Below are positions 39,250 through 51,619 of a DNA stretch of 64,000 nucleotides, in pieces. Location: assembly GCA_045837725.1 (NCBI GenBank), contig JBEWZL010000121.1, positions 62,001 through 126,000 on the forward strand, in the 5' to 3' direction. This DNA is from Vermamoeba vermiformis (Eukaryota). Each line of letters begins with the position of its first letter. The first letter of the stretch is position 1. A program made the translations under genes and the position numbers. The notes under the pieces are model-generated. The model saw nothing but the letters and a program-made list of their open reading frames with translations. It ran no database searches and was not told the DNA's origin.

Positions 39250-41807
39250 CTATTTTTGGCAATAATAATCAATCTCTTCGTAATCAACGCTAATTTTCTT
39301 CACCGCGGGTCTGATTATTTCCAAATTTTCCTCGAATTGAGGCTTGCAGAATTTCCATTTGCCCATCTTAGCATCAAACTCTTCGAACACTATCAAACAA
39401 CTACCATTGAACCCTGGCGGACGATATCTACTCATTCATATTAATATAATATTCTATAATCAAGTTCGATCATTACGGTTGGAAGTGGGTTCTTTGCAAC
39501 GTTTTCAGCTCGTTGTTCGTGATCGCGAATGGTACCCAAAGTGCAGGACTTTTAGGCCACCCCTCAACGGCACTCAAAAATCCAACTCTTCTATACTCCA
39601 GTTGCGCTTTGAATATGCATGTCATACGCATAACAAACCTAATATTGAATTCAAAGTCAGATCCGCATCCAATCTAAAAAATTGTACTTTGGAACTACTT
39701 CTTCAGTCTGTATAGTCCATAGAGATAATGTATGTTCTATTCGCAGTAAAAAAAATTCTTCTAGGCACTTACGGAGTATCAGGGTTAAGGCGCTTGTTGA
39801 CCGTTACAGCGTTAATATCATCCAGCTCACGCTTTAGAGTTTCTAAAGCTACTTTCGTAATATCGACGGCATTAATATTGTACATTGAGATGTGTGCCTT
39901 GTCCTAAAACCGAAGCGTTATAACGACCATAGATTAAATTATAATTTATATTATTATAATATTTTCGGGACTTACATCGTCGTAGAAACCAACCGTTATC
40001 TTCTCGTGGAGTGCAGGATGGTCGAAATGATAGACCGTTAAGTTTCTATTTAGAAAAAATATGTTAGTAATTGTTAGGTATTTAAGGCAAGATCCGGATC
40101 CGACTTACGTGTCACCCACAACGATAGACCCGTTAGGCAATAATTCTATCTTCGTCTCTCGTGATATGTTCATGACATCGTGGATGGTTTGCAATAACTC
40201 AAAGTTGTTGTTAATGTCGTAGACTTGCAACACGTGATAGTCGTTCACGAGCAAGAGAGCCACGACAAGCCGCCACTTATCAAATGTTATGGCTAGCATC
40301 CCTTTAATATCCTCTTTTCCATTCGCCAATTCCGATGTATCAATAACAATACGTCGGATCTCTTTTCCCTTTTCGAGATCGATGAGCACGATAGTGTCTT
40401 GAAATCCGTATGCAAACTAACATTCTTATTAGTAATTTGATAGAACACTATTATGCCGTTCTACCTTGCCGTCGAAAAAATAAGTTGCAACCCGCTTGGT
40501 ACTCGTAACAAAAGAAAACTTTTTCTCTCCTGTTGTCAGATCTAGTATACCGAGACGGTCAGGCTCCGCAGTATCAGTAGAAGCGATATAATTTTTCTGA
40601 GAAAACTAATTAGGAATTGTTTTAAGTTTTGTAGTGGAGCTTACGTAAAAACATTGTGCATCCAGAACAGAAGGCTTTGGAAGCTGTTGCCTTAGAATAA
40701 CCTTGCTTGACATAGTATCGAATACTTCCACTGAATTGTCGAAATACTGAATCAGGATTTGGTTGCTGCCGTCAAGGTTTTTGCGATGGTGCATCATGTT
40801 TTTGGCGGGCGGTGACGCAATTTCTGTTGAAGTAAATGTTAAATCGAACGTTACGCACTATAAGTAACAATATATTCTTGCCTATTTTGGTCTTCTTTTT
40901 AGGCTGGCCAATAGGATGACTCTCGACCACTGTAGCGCTAGGTTCTTCATTGACGGGAAAGTACATTTCTGTCTGGCCCACGTAAAGACAGTTGAACTCG
41001 TGAGGAGTTTTCTCGGACGTAAGAGCGTTGTACTTGTAGGCCTCTTTGGCATACACGGCACTTAGGTATGAACTGCAGCAAAGCTAAGTTACAAATTTCT
41101 TGGAAAGTGAGGTACTTACTCGTAAACAACTTTGAATGTACTATACGCAATATCATTGTTATGCGTCGTGAGCGTGTAACTGACGTCACCACCATGTCTA
41201 GTTTTATATTGGCTGCACAGGATCTCTGGCCAGTACCTTTCGAGATAAAATTAAAACCTACATCTAGGATCCCGAAAACTTACACTCCTTTCCTTAGGTT
41301 ATCCTTAGCTTTACGAAGCTTTATATACATCTCCCTATAGTCAATATGTTGACTTTCGTCGATACTTGGGTCAAATTCTTGGCGGTAAAGGTGCTGTAAC
41401 AAAGTTAGAAAACCACGAAGGCAAATCCGCAGATAAATTACCTTTAATGCTTGATACGAGGTCTCCAGCCATAATTTACACGACAAGCTCGAGCTTATCA
41501 TTGCTTCAAGGTCCAAATAAACCATAATCAGTTCCAAAATTTCTGGCGGATACATTCCATTTGGTCTGACAATGTTCTGGAATATGAATTCCTATGAATT
41601 AAATTAAATTAATTAATAAGAATACGATAAATAATATTAAATAATTAAACTGCACCTTCCTAGGGGAGATCCGATTCCAAAGTCCTCTCTAACGAAGCTG
41701 TTAATTGAAAATATTCGTATATATATAATACATATCGTGGTAAGCATATGTTAACTAGTTACCCTTTGATTATGGCTGAACCTGGTTGTGACTGACCCAT
41801 TTCCCAT
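39250..41807 (-). CDS. F-box protein with beta-propeller-like middle and lineage-specific C-terminal domain (paralog of 21615-25327)
   Basis: MGNGSV...PNGMYPPEILELIMVYLDLEAMISSSLSCKLWLE (F-box); TFDKWRLVVAL...VYDINNNFELLQTIH...LLPNGSIVV; YRPPGFNGSCLIVFEEFDAKMGKW. Confidence 0.75.
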
Positions 41808-42018
41808 TAGCTAAATGCCGTTGTAGAACTCTAAAGACCTCAATTGAGCTATTTTCTATAACACTACAATGCGTGTAATAAACCTTCAATTTGTAATTAA
41901 CAAATAAAGTTGTTACTAGTTGCTGTAGGCAACACCACAAAAATTCTGCGGGCTTTGCCCAGATCGTTGCAAAACAGGATTTTTCTTCGTGCTCTATCAT
42001 ATTAACACGTGTACAACA

Positions 42019-43331
42019 ATGGAAGGTGAAGTCAACAAATTATTGCAAACGGATCGATACTCACCCGAGATCATCCCTCAACTCGAGAAATACGTGCAAG
42101 AGCAAGTCGATAAGAAGACTTACAACCTCGAGGCTAATTTGGCCTTGCTTAAGTTGTACCAATTCCACACAGACAAAGCCAACGTTAAAGTTATCAGCCA
42201 AATCTTGATCAAGGCTCTGATGAACATGCCCAGCACTGATTTCTTGTTGGCGTCGTATTTAATTTCTGAAAAAAATGTACGTATTTATTAGCATATTTTT
42301 TAGAGGCATAAGCGCTAATATTTGGATTTTTTAATAGCACGCAGAAGAAAATATTACCAGTTTGTCAAATCTGCATAGCCTTTTAGAACGAGCACAATTC
42401 CAAGACTTTTGGAAAGCAGCACAAGAGAAACAATCAGTTTTGGCTGGCGTTGCTGGCTTTGATGATGCCATTCGATCGTGTACGTATTTTCTCTATCGAA
42501 TCTCGTTTTTGATTATCGCTGGTTTCATAATTTATAACGTTAAACGTACAATATTATTACATTATTTCTTAAGATCGAGTATTTATCCGAAATCAAGCTC
42601 ATATAAAGTAGTTTTAAAAAATAAGATCCTGATCAAACATTCAAGCGGCGTCTCAAAGGGTTTGAAAATTATTTTCCATGTTTTTGAACTTTACGAATCG
42701 TCGCAATATCATATTTGATTTAGCTAAATGTATCTACCAATTTAACTGTTATTTTTCTGTCCCGATCCTCAATCTGGCCTTTTGTTCGATTCCAGCGATA
42801 TTCCTTGCACCCTTAACATTTTTAGAATAACAATAATTAATCATCGCATTATTAGTCATTTTGGAGGTCGTTGGACGCACTTACAAAAATATTTCTCGAT
42901 CACTGTTACGCGACATGCTCAACTTCAAAGACGAGACTACCTTGAACACTTTATTGAACTCTAAGGATGTAAAATACACCAATGATACTGGTAAGTTGAT
43001 AGATACTATTAACAGAGCGTTAGTTAAACCTCCAAGCCAAGATCGTGATCGCAGGGTTCATGATCTCGCTTGGCGGTATCACCACTCAATTCTAAACGTA
43101 CTATAACGTCATATAATTATTCATTATGCTATAATTACGCGTTTTTATTCGTGAGAGCACGTTTTAATCTTCAATTCCAGTCTCGTTCACGATCGAAAGC
43201 CAAACTAAGCCCAAGCCTACTTCAGAAAACATTCGATTCGAGCGTAAGTTGAAGATAGGGTATAATAGTATCATGTAGTACTAATATATGGTTACATAGA
43301 ACTCGGAAAGCTTTTGCAAGCCTTGAACTAA
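42019..43331 (+). CDS. EIF3K: Eukaryotic translation initiation factor 3 subunit K
   Basis: DRYSPEIIPQLEKYVQEQVDKKTYNLEANLALLKLYQF...ILIKALMNMPSTDFLL...LLERAQFQDFW...GFDDAIR...VVGRTYKNI...KPKPTSENIRFE. Confidence 0.93.
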
Positions 43332-43950
43332 ATACAGAACTAACACGGACTTCAAAAAGAACTGCTTGCGAGATAACTGCTCAATTTTGCGAAATAAACA
43401 CTGTTTAAACGAGGTACGAATGATATTGATATAATACTAAAGGTACATGAGCTGTATTGTTGGGAAACGCGATCTTGATCTCGCGCACAAGCAGCAAAGA
43501 TCCAGGGCCTTTTGCGGCCCATCTACGACTGGCAATAATGGTTTGTAAGGGCCATCGAAGTTTAAGGAGCGGCTAGAAGAGGTAGGCTGCAGAATGGTTG
43601 GTAGAGTGCTTACGGTGGGTAGCACCATCCGTTACAAATCCGAGTTTCGCCACCCGAAATTTTTTGATCATCTTTTCAGCCTATTGTCATACTTAAGTAA
43701 GTAATTGGTACAATATTAGCAACTATTTTAAGCTTAGCGAATCTACAAGGTTAAGTAACACGATGACAGGTGGAGGTGACAAAAAGGGACATCCACCAAA
43801 TTTTAAATCAAACGTATATTTTTAACCAACTAGCTAATACAAGTACTACGGGTTATTTATTTTGTATTTTCGAAGTTAATGAGGATTTAGTTCTGGTACA
43901 GACAATCAGTTTGGAATTGGATTCGTCAAACTCGACGCAATATTATCAAG

Positions 43951-46875
43951 ATGAGTTATACTCAAAAAGGTACATTTATTAAACGAATATTTGCAATGAT
44001 TAATGTTATTTCGAAGTCAAACGAATGGAATTACAATCATGAAATTAATTTTAATTCAATTACAAACTTTTGTCATATTTATTTGGCCATAAATGTCGAA
44101 TGCGTATTAATGTTTTTATTTTGCAGATAAAGCACGAGCTGCAGATTTTTTGAGCCGTAATTTACCGACATCCAAGAACGATCAAGTCATAACTGTCAAG
44201 AAAGATGAAGTTCCGAAAGGTAATGCCTGATATTAAATATAAATATCTTCGATTATTTCATTACAGCTCCTTCAAACAATTACTTGTCGATTTCATTAAC
44301 GGATGTGCACCGAAACGAGTAACTCCATTCCTGACCTAGTTTATCATTAAAAATAGGAACTTTCACGATAAAAACAGAAAAAGAATTAAGCAGCACCTTC
44401 GCATCTTGCCCAGAATTATTACAAAATTTGAAAAAGCAGCTCAAGTTCGCATCTGGAACAACTTTCAAGATTACGATCAAAGGAACGTCTTCAGGCACAT
44501 CTATTGAAGTCAGAGAAGAGCGGGAGGTCGTTAAACCAGCCGCTACAACAACTACAGCAGCACCACAAAAAAGTTTTGGATCCCCTACATCCAGCGCGAA
44601 CAGTCGCTTGAGTATGGCTGTCACACCAACTCATAAGGCTGAAGAGAAGAAGACAACAGCTCCGACGACGACCTCAACACACTCGTTTAATAAACCAAGT
44701 ACCACGAGCACTACAGCATCAGCCAAACCGACCGTAACCTCGAGCCTCACATTCAATGGCTCACCAAACAACAGAGCAACGACTTCATTCACGAAGCCGC
44801 CCGTGACTACTAGTGCCGCATCCCCTAAGACAACAACAACTACAGCACCAGGAACGTTCAAAAAGCCAGAGTTGAACGCTACTATGCGAGCACCAAGTCC
44901 GCCAACAACGACCGGCAAAACAGTGACATCGTCAATGTTTAACAAACCAACGCAAGCTTCTTCGGCTCCCACGCTCAGCAATAGACCTTCAACACCGCCC
45001 ACTTCAGCAGCCGTGACTCCGAGACCTATCACTCAGAGCACGAATATCCACGACCAGGTAATGGCATGTCGAGCAATTTGAAGGCTTTAAATCTCAACAC
45101 AACGAGCGCTAAAGGACCAACAAATACTCAAAGCCCCGTAGGAAGTCCTGGAAGGAGCGCTGCAGTTTCAGTTTCAGTGACCAAGAATTCAAAAGAGCAC
45201 GTGATCACTAAGCCCAATATCAACACAACAACCGTCAATAGCTCGCGTGAAGACACGGGTAGTGCGCATAAACCCAAACCATTGCCAAAGACACCAACGA
45301 GTGAGTCTCCAGAGGTACCGCACAAAGAAAAAGACAAAGACGAGAAGTCACCTTTTGCGGCTATTGGCAACGTGTTCAAGAAACTTGTGAACGGTGGAAA
45401 AGACAAGAGCGAAGATAATAGTCCGAATAATAGTCAAGGCCGCGCTTATAGCTCAACCGATTCAGTTCCTTCGAGCGATTCTAAGGGTAAGTACCAAAAT
45501 TTTATTAAATTTTACCGACGCTGACCACGTGTTTTGAAGGCGAGTTGATTTCGTTGCCTGATGTCAATGCCAAGGCAGGCACGAGTGGAGCTATCGAGAC
45601 CAAGTACATTGACAAGCTGATCGACCAGATCAAAGCCACAAACTCCATTGAAGCGGGCAAACAACTCGCGCACTTGGCCACTCAGAGCGATGAACATCGA
45701 CGAGAAATTTTGAAGCGTGGTGGATTTGAACTGTTGTGGAAGTTCGCAAAGGCGGGCAAGTTGAAGTGGGTTGATAAATGGTACCATGAAGTGGACGCCA
45801 AGAATTTGAAGGTTAAAGGAGTCCTTGGATCCGGCGCGTTTGCTGTGGTTTATTCTGGAACTCTAAAAGACGGCAGTAAGAAGCATAAAGTTGCTATTAA
45901 ATGCATGGATGAGAATAAGGTGCGTAGCTACTTAACTTCAACATTTGGGAACTCAATCTAAAAATAGCTTTTTAGGTGAATCTGGAAGATCTGCGAGCCG
46001 AACTTGTGACTATGAGTTTATTATCGCCTGTCATCGACAACATGGTCAAATTCAAAGGTTACACGTACATAGAAGCAGACTCGAACTCTGGTGGTGTCAA
46101 AATCATGCAAAATGTGCATTGTATAATATTGGAACTTATGGACACAAGTCTGGAGTCGCTAATCAAAAGATCATTCCAAGAACTCGAGACAAACCCGCGT
46201 CTCGTCAAGCATATCGCGATGGCAATAGCGAATGGCATGGCACAACTTCACTCGTACAATGTTTTGCATCGGTAAGTGGATCAGATCCGAGATCCGGATC
46301 TCGGAGTCATCGATTTTTTCAAACGTCATATTATACTATTGTGGATTAGATGCCGACGCAATACTAAATTTATCATTTATTGTAGTGATTTGAAGCCTGC
46401 AAATATTTTGTTGAAGAAGCTAAAAGACACGTACGAAGTAAAGATTGCAGACTTTGGATTTGCGCGTCAAGGCATGGAAACAGCTATTTCAGTCGTAGGA
46501 ACACCTGCATATCAAGCCCCTGAAATCTTCGGAAAATCTAACTCGCAAGATGTCAACAAAAAGGCTGACGTTTACGGCTACGGAGTGGTAAGAAAAACTG
46601 TCTAAGTGTGTACTTCCTAATTAGGCAAGTAGCTTATTTTTCATTTTCAGATATTATGGGAGATGGTGACTGGCGAACAAGCATTTAACGCACTGGATTT
46701 TGATCAGCTAAGCCGGTTGGTCAGCCAGGCCAATCACACGAGGGACGCAACTGTATTAAAGCTACCGACCAACTGCGACCCTATTCTACTTAACCTTATG
46801 AAGCGTTGTTTGGCCGTTAATCCTGATGTGCGTCCTGAATTCATGGAAATTTGCTTTGAATTGAGCAAATTGTAA
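43951..46875 (+). CDS. TKL-group protein kinase with long S/T/P-rich linker and an ARM-like repeat before the kinase domain; start uncertain
   Basis: Intact motifs LGSGAFAVV, VAIK, HRDLKPANIL, IADFG, GTPAYQAPE, DVYGYG, RPEF. ARM-like AGKQLAHLATQSDEHRREILKRGGFELL. Frame discontinuity near 45050-45083. Confidence 0.88.
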
Positions 46876-46962
46876 CATAACAAAAATGTACAGTAGTAGA
46901 TGCGAGGATAAATTATCGAATTATTTATTGTTAATTCGAGTATAATATGATCAATAATATTG

Positions 46963-47780
46963 TTACATCAATGTACAAACAATGGCAACTAACAAAAGAA
47001 GGATGGAAGCGGCGGATGTGGTCGCGGAGTTGAAGCAGGGCTCGCCTTCAGTAGAAACACGATCAATGCCCAAAGGGAAGTAATTTCTAAAGACATCATC
47101 GCCGTTGCTCCATTTTTGAACGCAAGCGCCTTGATTTCCAGATTGACGGCTGAAAATAATTATTGATCAGATCCGGGTTGTCAAATTGAATCATTTCATT
47201 AACAGGGTAATTTAGATTTTTAGCATTCAAAAATATTTATGATAATATTAATCCATATTAAAAGATGAAATAACTTACCAATCGGTGTTGTTAGAGCAGG
47301 CTTGTACGTTCATACATTTGTCAACAATTCTGTCATAAAAGCCTGAGCAAACTTGAAATTTGCCGTTCTTAAATAAGTCAATTAAATTAGGTTTGCAATT
47401 GACGGCACATTCAATCATTGAGGTCAAATCTGAGCAAGGATCTGAAATTACGCAACGGTTAATTCTGAAAATAAGTATAATTAACTCTAATAATCATACC
47501 AGGAGTTCTGCGGCATCCATCAGAGTTAGTACAGAATGAATCTTCCCAAGAGACATCGCAGCACGAGTCAGATGCGTATTGAGGGCAAAGAGAAGTTTTT
47601 GGATCTACCTAAATTAAGCAAAATAAATATTAGATATTTTTCTATGCAATATATTGCTTATTGATTTATACTTACGGCTCGTGATTGACGGAAAGCGTTC
47701 GTGTAGCAAGATCCAGCCTCGAGCGAGCTAATTCCCGCGAGAATAACCGCAGCGATCAAAAATAAAGAAACGACTCGCAT
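46963..47780 (-). CDS. Folate-receptor-family (Cys-rich FOLR/HHIP-N-like) GPI-type protein, copy 1
   Basis: 4 exons: MRVVSLFLIAAVILAGISSLEA-GSC...LCPQYASDSCC...MIECAVNCKP...FQVCSGFYDRIVDKC...PCFNSATTSAASILLLLVAIVCTLM*. The Cys spacing resembles the folate receptor fold. Not captured by the ORF track. Confidence 0.72.
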
Positions 47781-47922
47781 AATTTGTGGTGTTATATTCG
47801 GTAAATGAGTAATAAGTAACTAAAGATGCACAACTGACATTTTCATAATGACAGGCGTCAAATAAACAATCCGCCATAACACGACAAAATGTCGGTATGT
47901 AGTTGTTTACCAGCGCAATAAT

Positions 47923-48601
47923 ATGAACCATTATGATGATATTTCGTTGCCTGATATCGAAGAGGGCTTGCCCTTTTTGACGGAAGAAACAGCGACGACA
48001 AAGACCGGATTACTTGTCAGCCGAATCAAACGGCGATTAAAAACGAAAGAATTTTGGATCAAAAGCTTAAAATTTATTATTAAAGTAGCTGTGGTAGTTA
48101 TATGCGCAATAATATTTAATTGGGGTAAGTTTGGATCGAGTCTTAGAATCTTTTTGCTAACCCGCCTTTTTATTTAGTGTTTCATAACCAATTATGTAAT
48201 TTTTTATTTAAATGTGGATGCACGTGGAATTGGGCTGGCAGTTGGGACAAATGCAACGTGCATAATGCTGAAGGTAATTTTGAATAACTTATTTTAAAAT
48301 ATAATTACGTTTAAAATTATCACGCGGGTTGTTTATGCGGCAAATATATTTAAATAATTTTTGTTAAGGTCCGCATTGCCCTTGGTGTATGGCAAAGTTC
48401 CCGCAGACTTTGACAACAGATCCGTTAATGGAGGCGACTATTGTTATTACTTTTCTAGCTACAGATTATTTCTTACCAAAATGGCGCTTTTTGTGGCTTA
48501 AAATCCTCGCTGCTGTATTTATAGGCTTCGTACTAGTCGGAGTTATCGTTGGCCTTATTTTTAAGCTTAATTCAGACTATCCGTACTTCATTGTGAAATA
48601 A
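47923..48601 (+). CDS. Small multi-pass membrane protein, unknown function
   Basis: Three exons with hydrophobic segments (FIIKVAVVVICAIIFNW; ILAAVFIGFVLVGVIVGLIF); GT-AG introns at about 48124-48177 and 48274-48368. Confidence 0.6.
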
Positions 48602-48723
48602 ATATGCGTGCTTTATGTTGTTCATATGCAAACAGGACTAAAATAGCGCTCCGAAATTGTGCGATCGAGTTTTCTTCCAGGAAACTTTAATTTTTCGATC
48701 TACTCCTCTAAAAAGCACCACAA

Positions 48724-49880
48724 ATGTCTCGACGCGCGTCATCTCGGTTAGCAAATAAAGGAATAAAGAGAAAAGAGGACGAAGCTGAATTAGAAGAAGA
48801 GGATCGGCCAAAGAAAAAACAAAAAATTGAAAAAAAGGCAAAAACGACCAAAAAATCTAAAAAAAATCAAAAAAAGCAAGAGAGTGAAGAAGAGAGCGTA
48901 TCAGAGCACTCCGAAGAACCAGAATTAAGTGGATCTGACGAAGAAAATAGTGAAGACGACGTCGTTCGTGAATCTGAAACACCAGTAGCAGCTCATATTC
49001 CACTATTTATGCCAATGCAAGCATTCAACTTCGGTCGAGGACAAATACAATTACGAAACAGATCCCTTTACGCCTCAGCGTACACGCCAAAGTCTGCTTC
49101 AAAAGAAGGCACCGAAGTATGTCAATTATTTAATCTATAATTGGATAATACTAATAACATATTGTAGTCATTATTCAAAGCGTTAACTCAAATAATTACA
49201 GCTAAGAATTACAAAGAAGATGGATTTTCAGGTAAATATTCAATTTAAATAATAATCTGCGTTATTTTCAACGGTATTTATTTACTATTGATTATAGTCG
49301 AGCCTGTTGATGATAATGTATATAAATGGCACGTGAAGTTCTTCGGATTTGATGTCAACACGCAGATCGGCCAAGATATCTTTATGTACGAATCAGCTAA
49401 GCCAGGACGCGACCACGTATTAATGGAAGTGCTATTTCCAAGGTATTTTTATCGCATAATTAGAATTACTTCAAATTTTCTAAGCGAACTTTTGTAATTT
49501 GCAGCACTTGGCCACATAGCCCGCCATTTATGCGTGTTGTCTACCCGCGATTTCATCAATATACTGGTCACATTACTATAGGCGGGTCTATTTGCGTCAA
49601 AGAACTAACAACGAGTGGCTGGAACGCTGAGATCCCGTTGACCTCTTTATTTATCATGGTCAGAAATCTTTTGCTAGAAGGTAAAAAACAGTTGCAAAGG
49701 CATAAATATACTCTTATTATAATATACTATAATAATATATATTTGCAAGTGGGCTAATAAAATCGCTTTTTTCTAGGCGGTGCGTTGATTGACATGGACA
49801 GTGCAGACTACGATTACACGGAAGACGAGGCATTTGATGCTTTCAATCGCGTTGCAATGCAGCACGGATGGAACCCTTAA
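48724..49880 (+). CDS. Ubiquitin-conjugating enzyme E2, UBE2Q-like, with basic/acidic N-terminal extension
   Basis: VEPVDDNVYKWHVKF...VLMEVLFP..WPHSPPFMRVVYPRF...GHITIGGSICVKELTTSGW...YTEDEAFDAFNRVAMQHGW; the catalytic Cys is present. Confidence 0.88.
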
Positions 49881-50096
49881 ATGAGTGTATATAGTGCCAA
49901 TAGTACTGTGAGTATAGTATTTGTAGTATAGTACCCTAAACAGGCTAATAAACCCGACTTTTTTTTTCGCCGAGATCTACACCTTAAAAATCATTAGAAC
50001 AATTTGTGTCGTAAGTAACACTATGCAAATAATAAATATAACATTTTAATCATTAATATTAATGTTTCAGAAAGGTGTCCAGTGTACGTGCGTTTT

Positions 50097-51188
50097 TTAG
50101 AACATCAAAGTTGCGACAGCCAAAGAAGCCAACAAACTAAACACGACATTTTGTCGGCTGAGCAGACTAGCCGCAGTGTTGAAACAAACGCCGTCACCTT
50201 CGTAACGCACTACTGAGGTCAACGCAAAGTTCGGTACTGCGATGGTCCAGATCATGGTCTCGTTTTCGTAAGTCGTCAGACATTGGTCGGGGTTGGAGAA
50301 GCTGCATGAAAAATTGAACGTAAGTGTTATGGTTCATATTATTCTAGTATTATTTAATAATTTTATCGTTACGTAACGCATCTGGTTTTAAAAATAATCG
50401 ACCAATCATAAAATAGCTCACGAAATTTAATTTGATCGCGTCACTTTGCATGGATAGCATAATAATATGATATAATGATATTTTTAATATTATTAAGCAG
50501 CGATAATGAACTGAATTGTGCATTAGGACTTACCAATCCGTATCCTCGTCCGGGCAGTACTTTGAATCTTTGCAAGCTTGCACGACTCGGTCATAAAAAC
50601 CAGCGCATACAGGTAAATCACCATTTTCATAGAAATACACGTCCATATTGGGCTTGCACTCCAAGGCGCAGCTGATCAACTCCATGTATCCGCTGCAGGG
50701 ATCTTAAGCCAGACATTAGAACGGTATTTATTAATATTATGATTAGCATTATTATTATTAAATATTATTTTGATCGTTATGTAAGAATTTTTCAGTTAAT
50801 TGGAATTCAGCTAAAGTCTTTTAAATTTCTGGATTTGCTAAATCGCTTATTTAACCGTCACAATGCTAGGAATATTATTTAAATATTATATTAATATTAA
50901 TTATTACCAGGGACTCTTCGGCAACCGTCGTTTCTAACACATTGTCCTTCAACGTAATCCGCTTTACAGCAAGTGTCGGCCATATAATGAGGGCATTTGG
51001 AGGTGCGCGTTGTAATCTATATTTTAATTAATAATAGAATAATATTTAATCTGATTTTTCAGATCAGACGGTTGGAAACTTACGGCGAAAGAAGTAATGT
51101 TTGGATTCGTTAAACAACTGCCTCCCAGGACATAAGAAATATTTACAGCTAATAATATAACTACGGCGAGGGTAATTGTGGTCTTCAT
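50097..51188 (-). CDS. Folate-receptor-family GPI-type protein, copy 2
   Basis: MKTTITLAVVILLAVNISYVLG-GSC...KCPHYMADTCC...DGCRRVP-DPCS...LISCALECKP...LPVCAGFYDRVVQAC...VCFNTAASLL...LAVATLMF*. Same four-exon structure as copy 1. Confidence 0.72.
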
Positions 51189-51619
51189 GATGCCGTTCAA
51201 AAAATTCTAACTGACATTAATTCTCGACAGGCCAAAAAAATCTTTGCCCGAGATTTTTTGAGGTTTAGATAGGCCTTAAAAAGGTCATATTAAGGTCGTA
51301 CTTAATCTATTTGAGGATCAACATCGGATTTTCATCGCTGGCAGCACAAGCAATCTTTTTGTGTTCGGATTTGGGATCCCGATCGGTAGATCTGAGGATC
51401 TAGTTCTCTTGCGTTATTTGTAAATGGTAAGCAAGATTTTGTGTTAGAATCGCTCAAGAATCATGAATACGTGTTAGTTAAAGCCCTGCACTGACGCGTA
51501 ATTTCAGCTAGATCTCCAATTGTTGTGGTGTCGCAAAAAAACGGTACGCTCACAGCCTTTTTTTTTGATACAGCAATGTTGACAACACAAATCTTCGACT
51601 AGACAGTCTCATTATTAAT

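Noticed and set aside
43437-43950. Independent gene between eIF3k and the kinase
   Set aside because: Several splice solutions are possible and none has domain support. It may be 5' exons or UTR of the kinase, so it is left uncalled.
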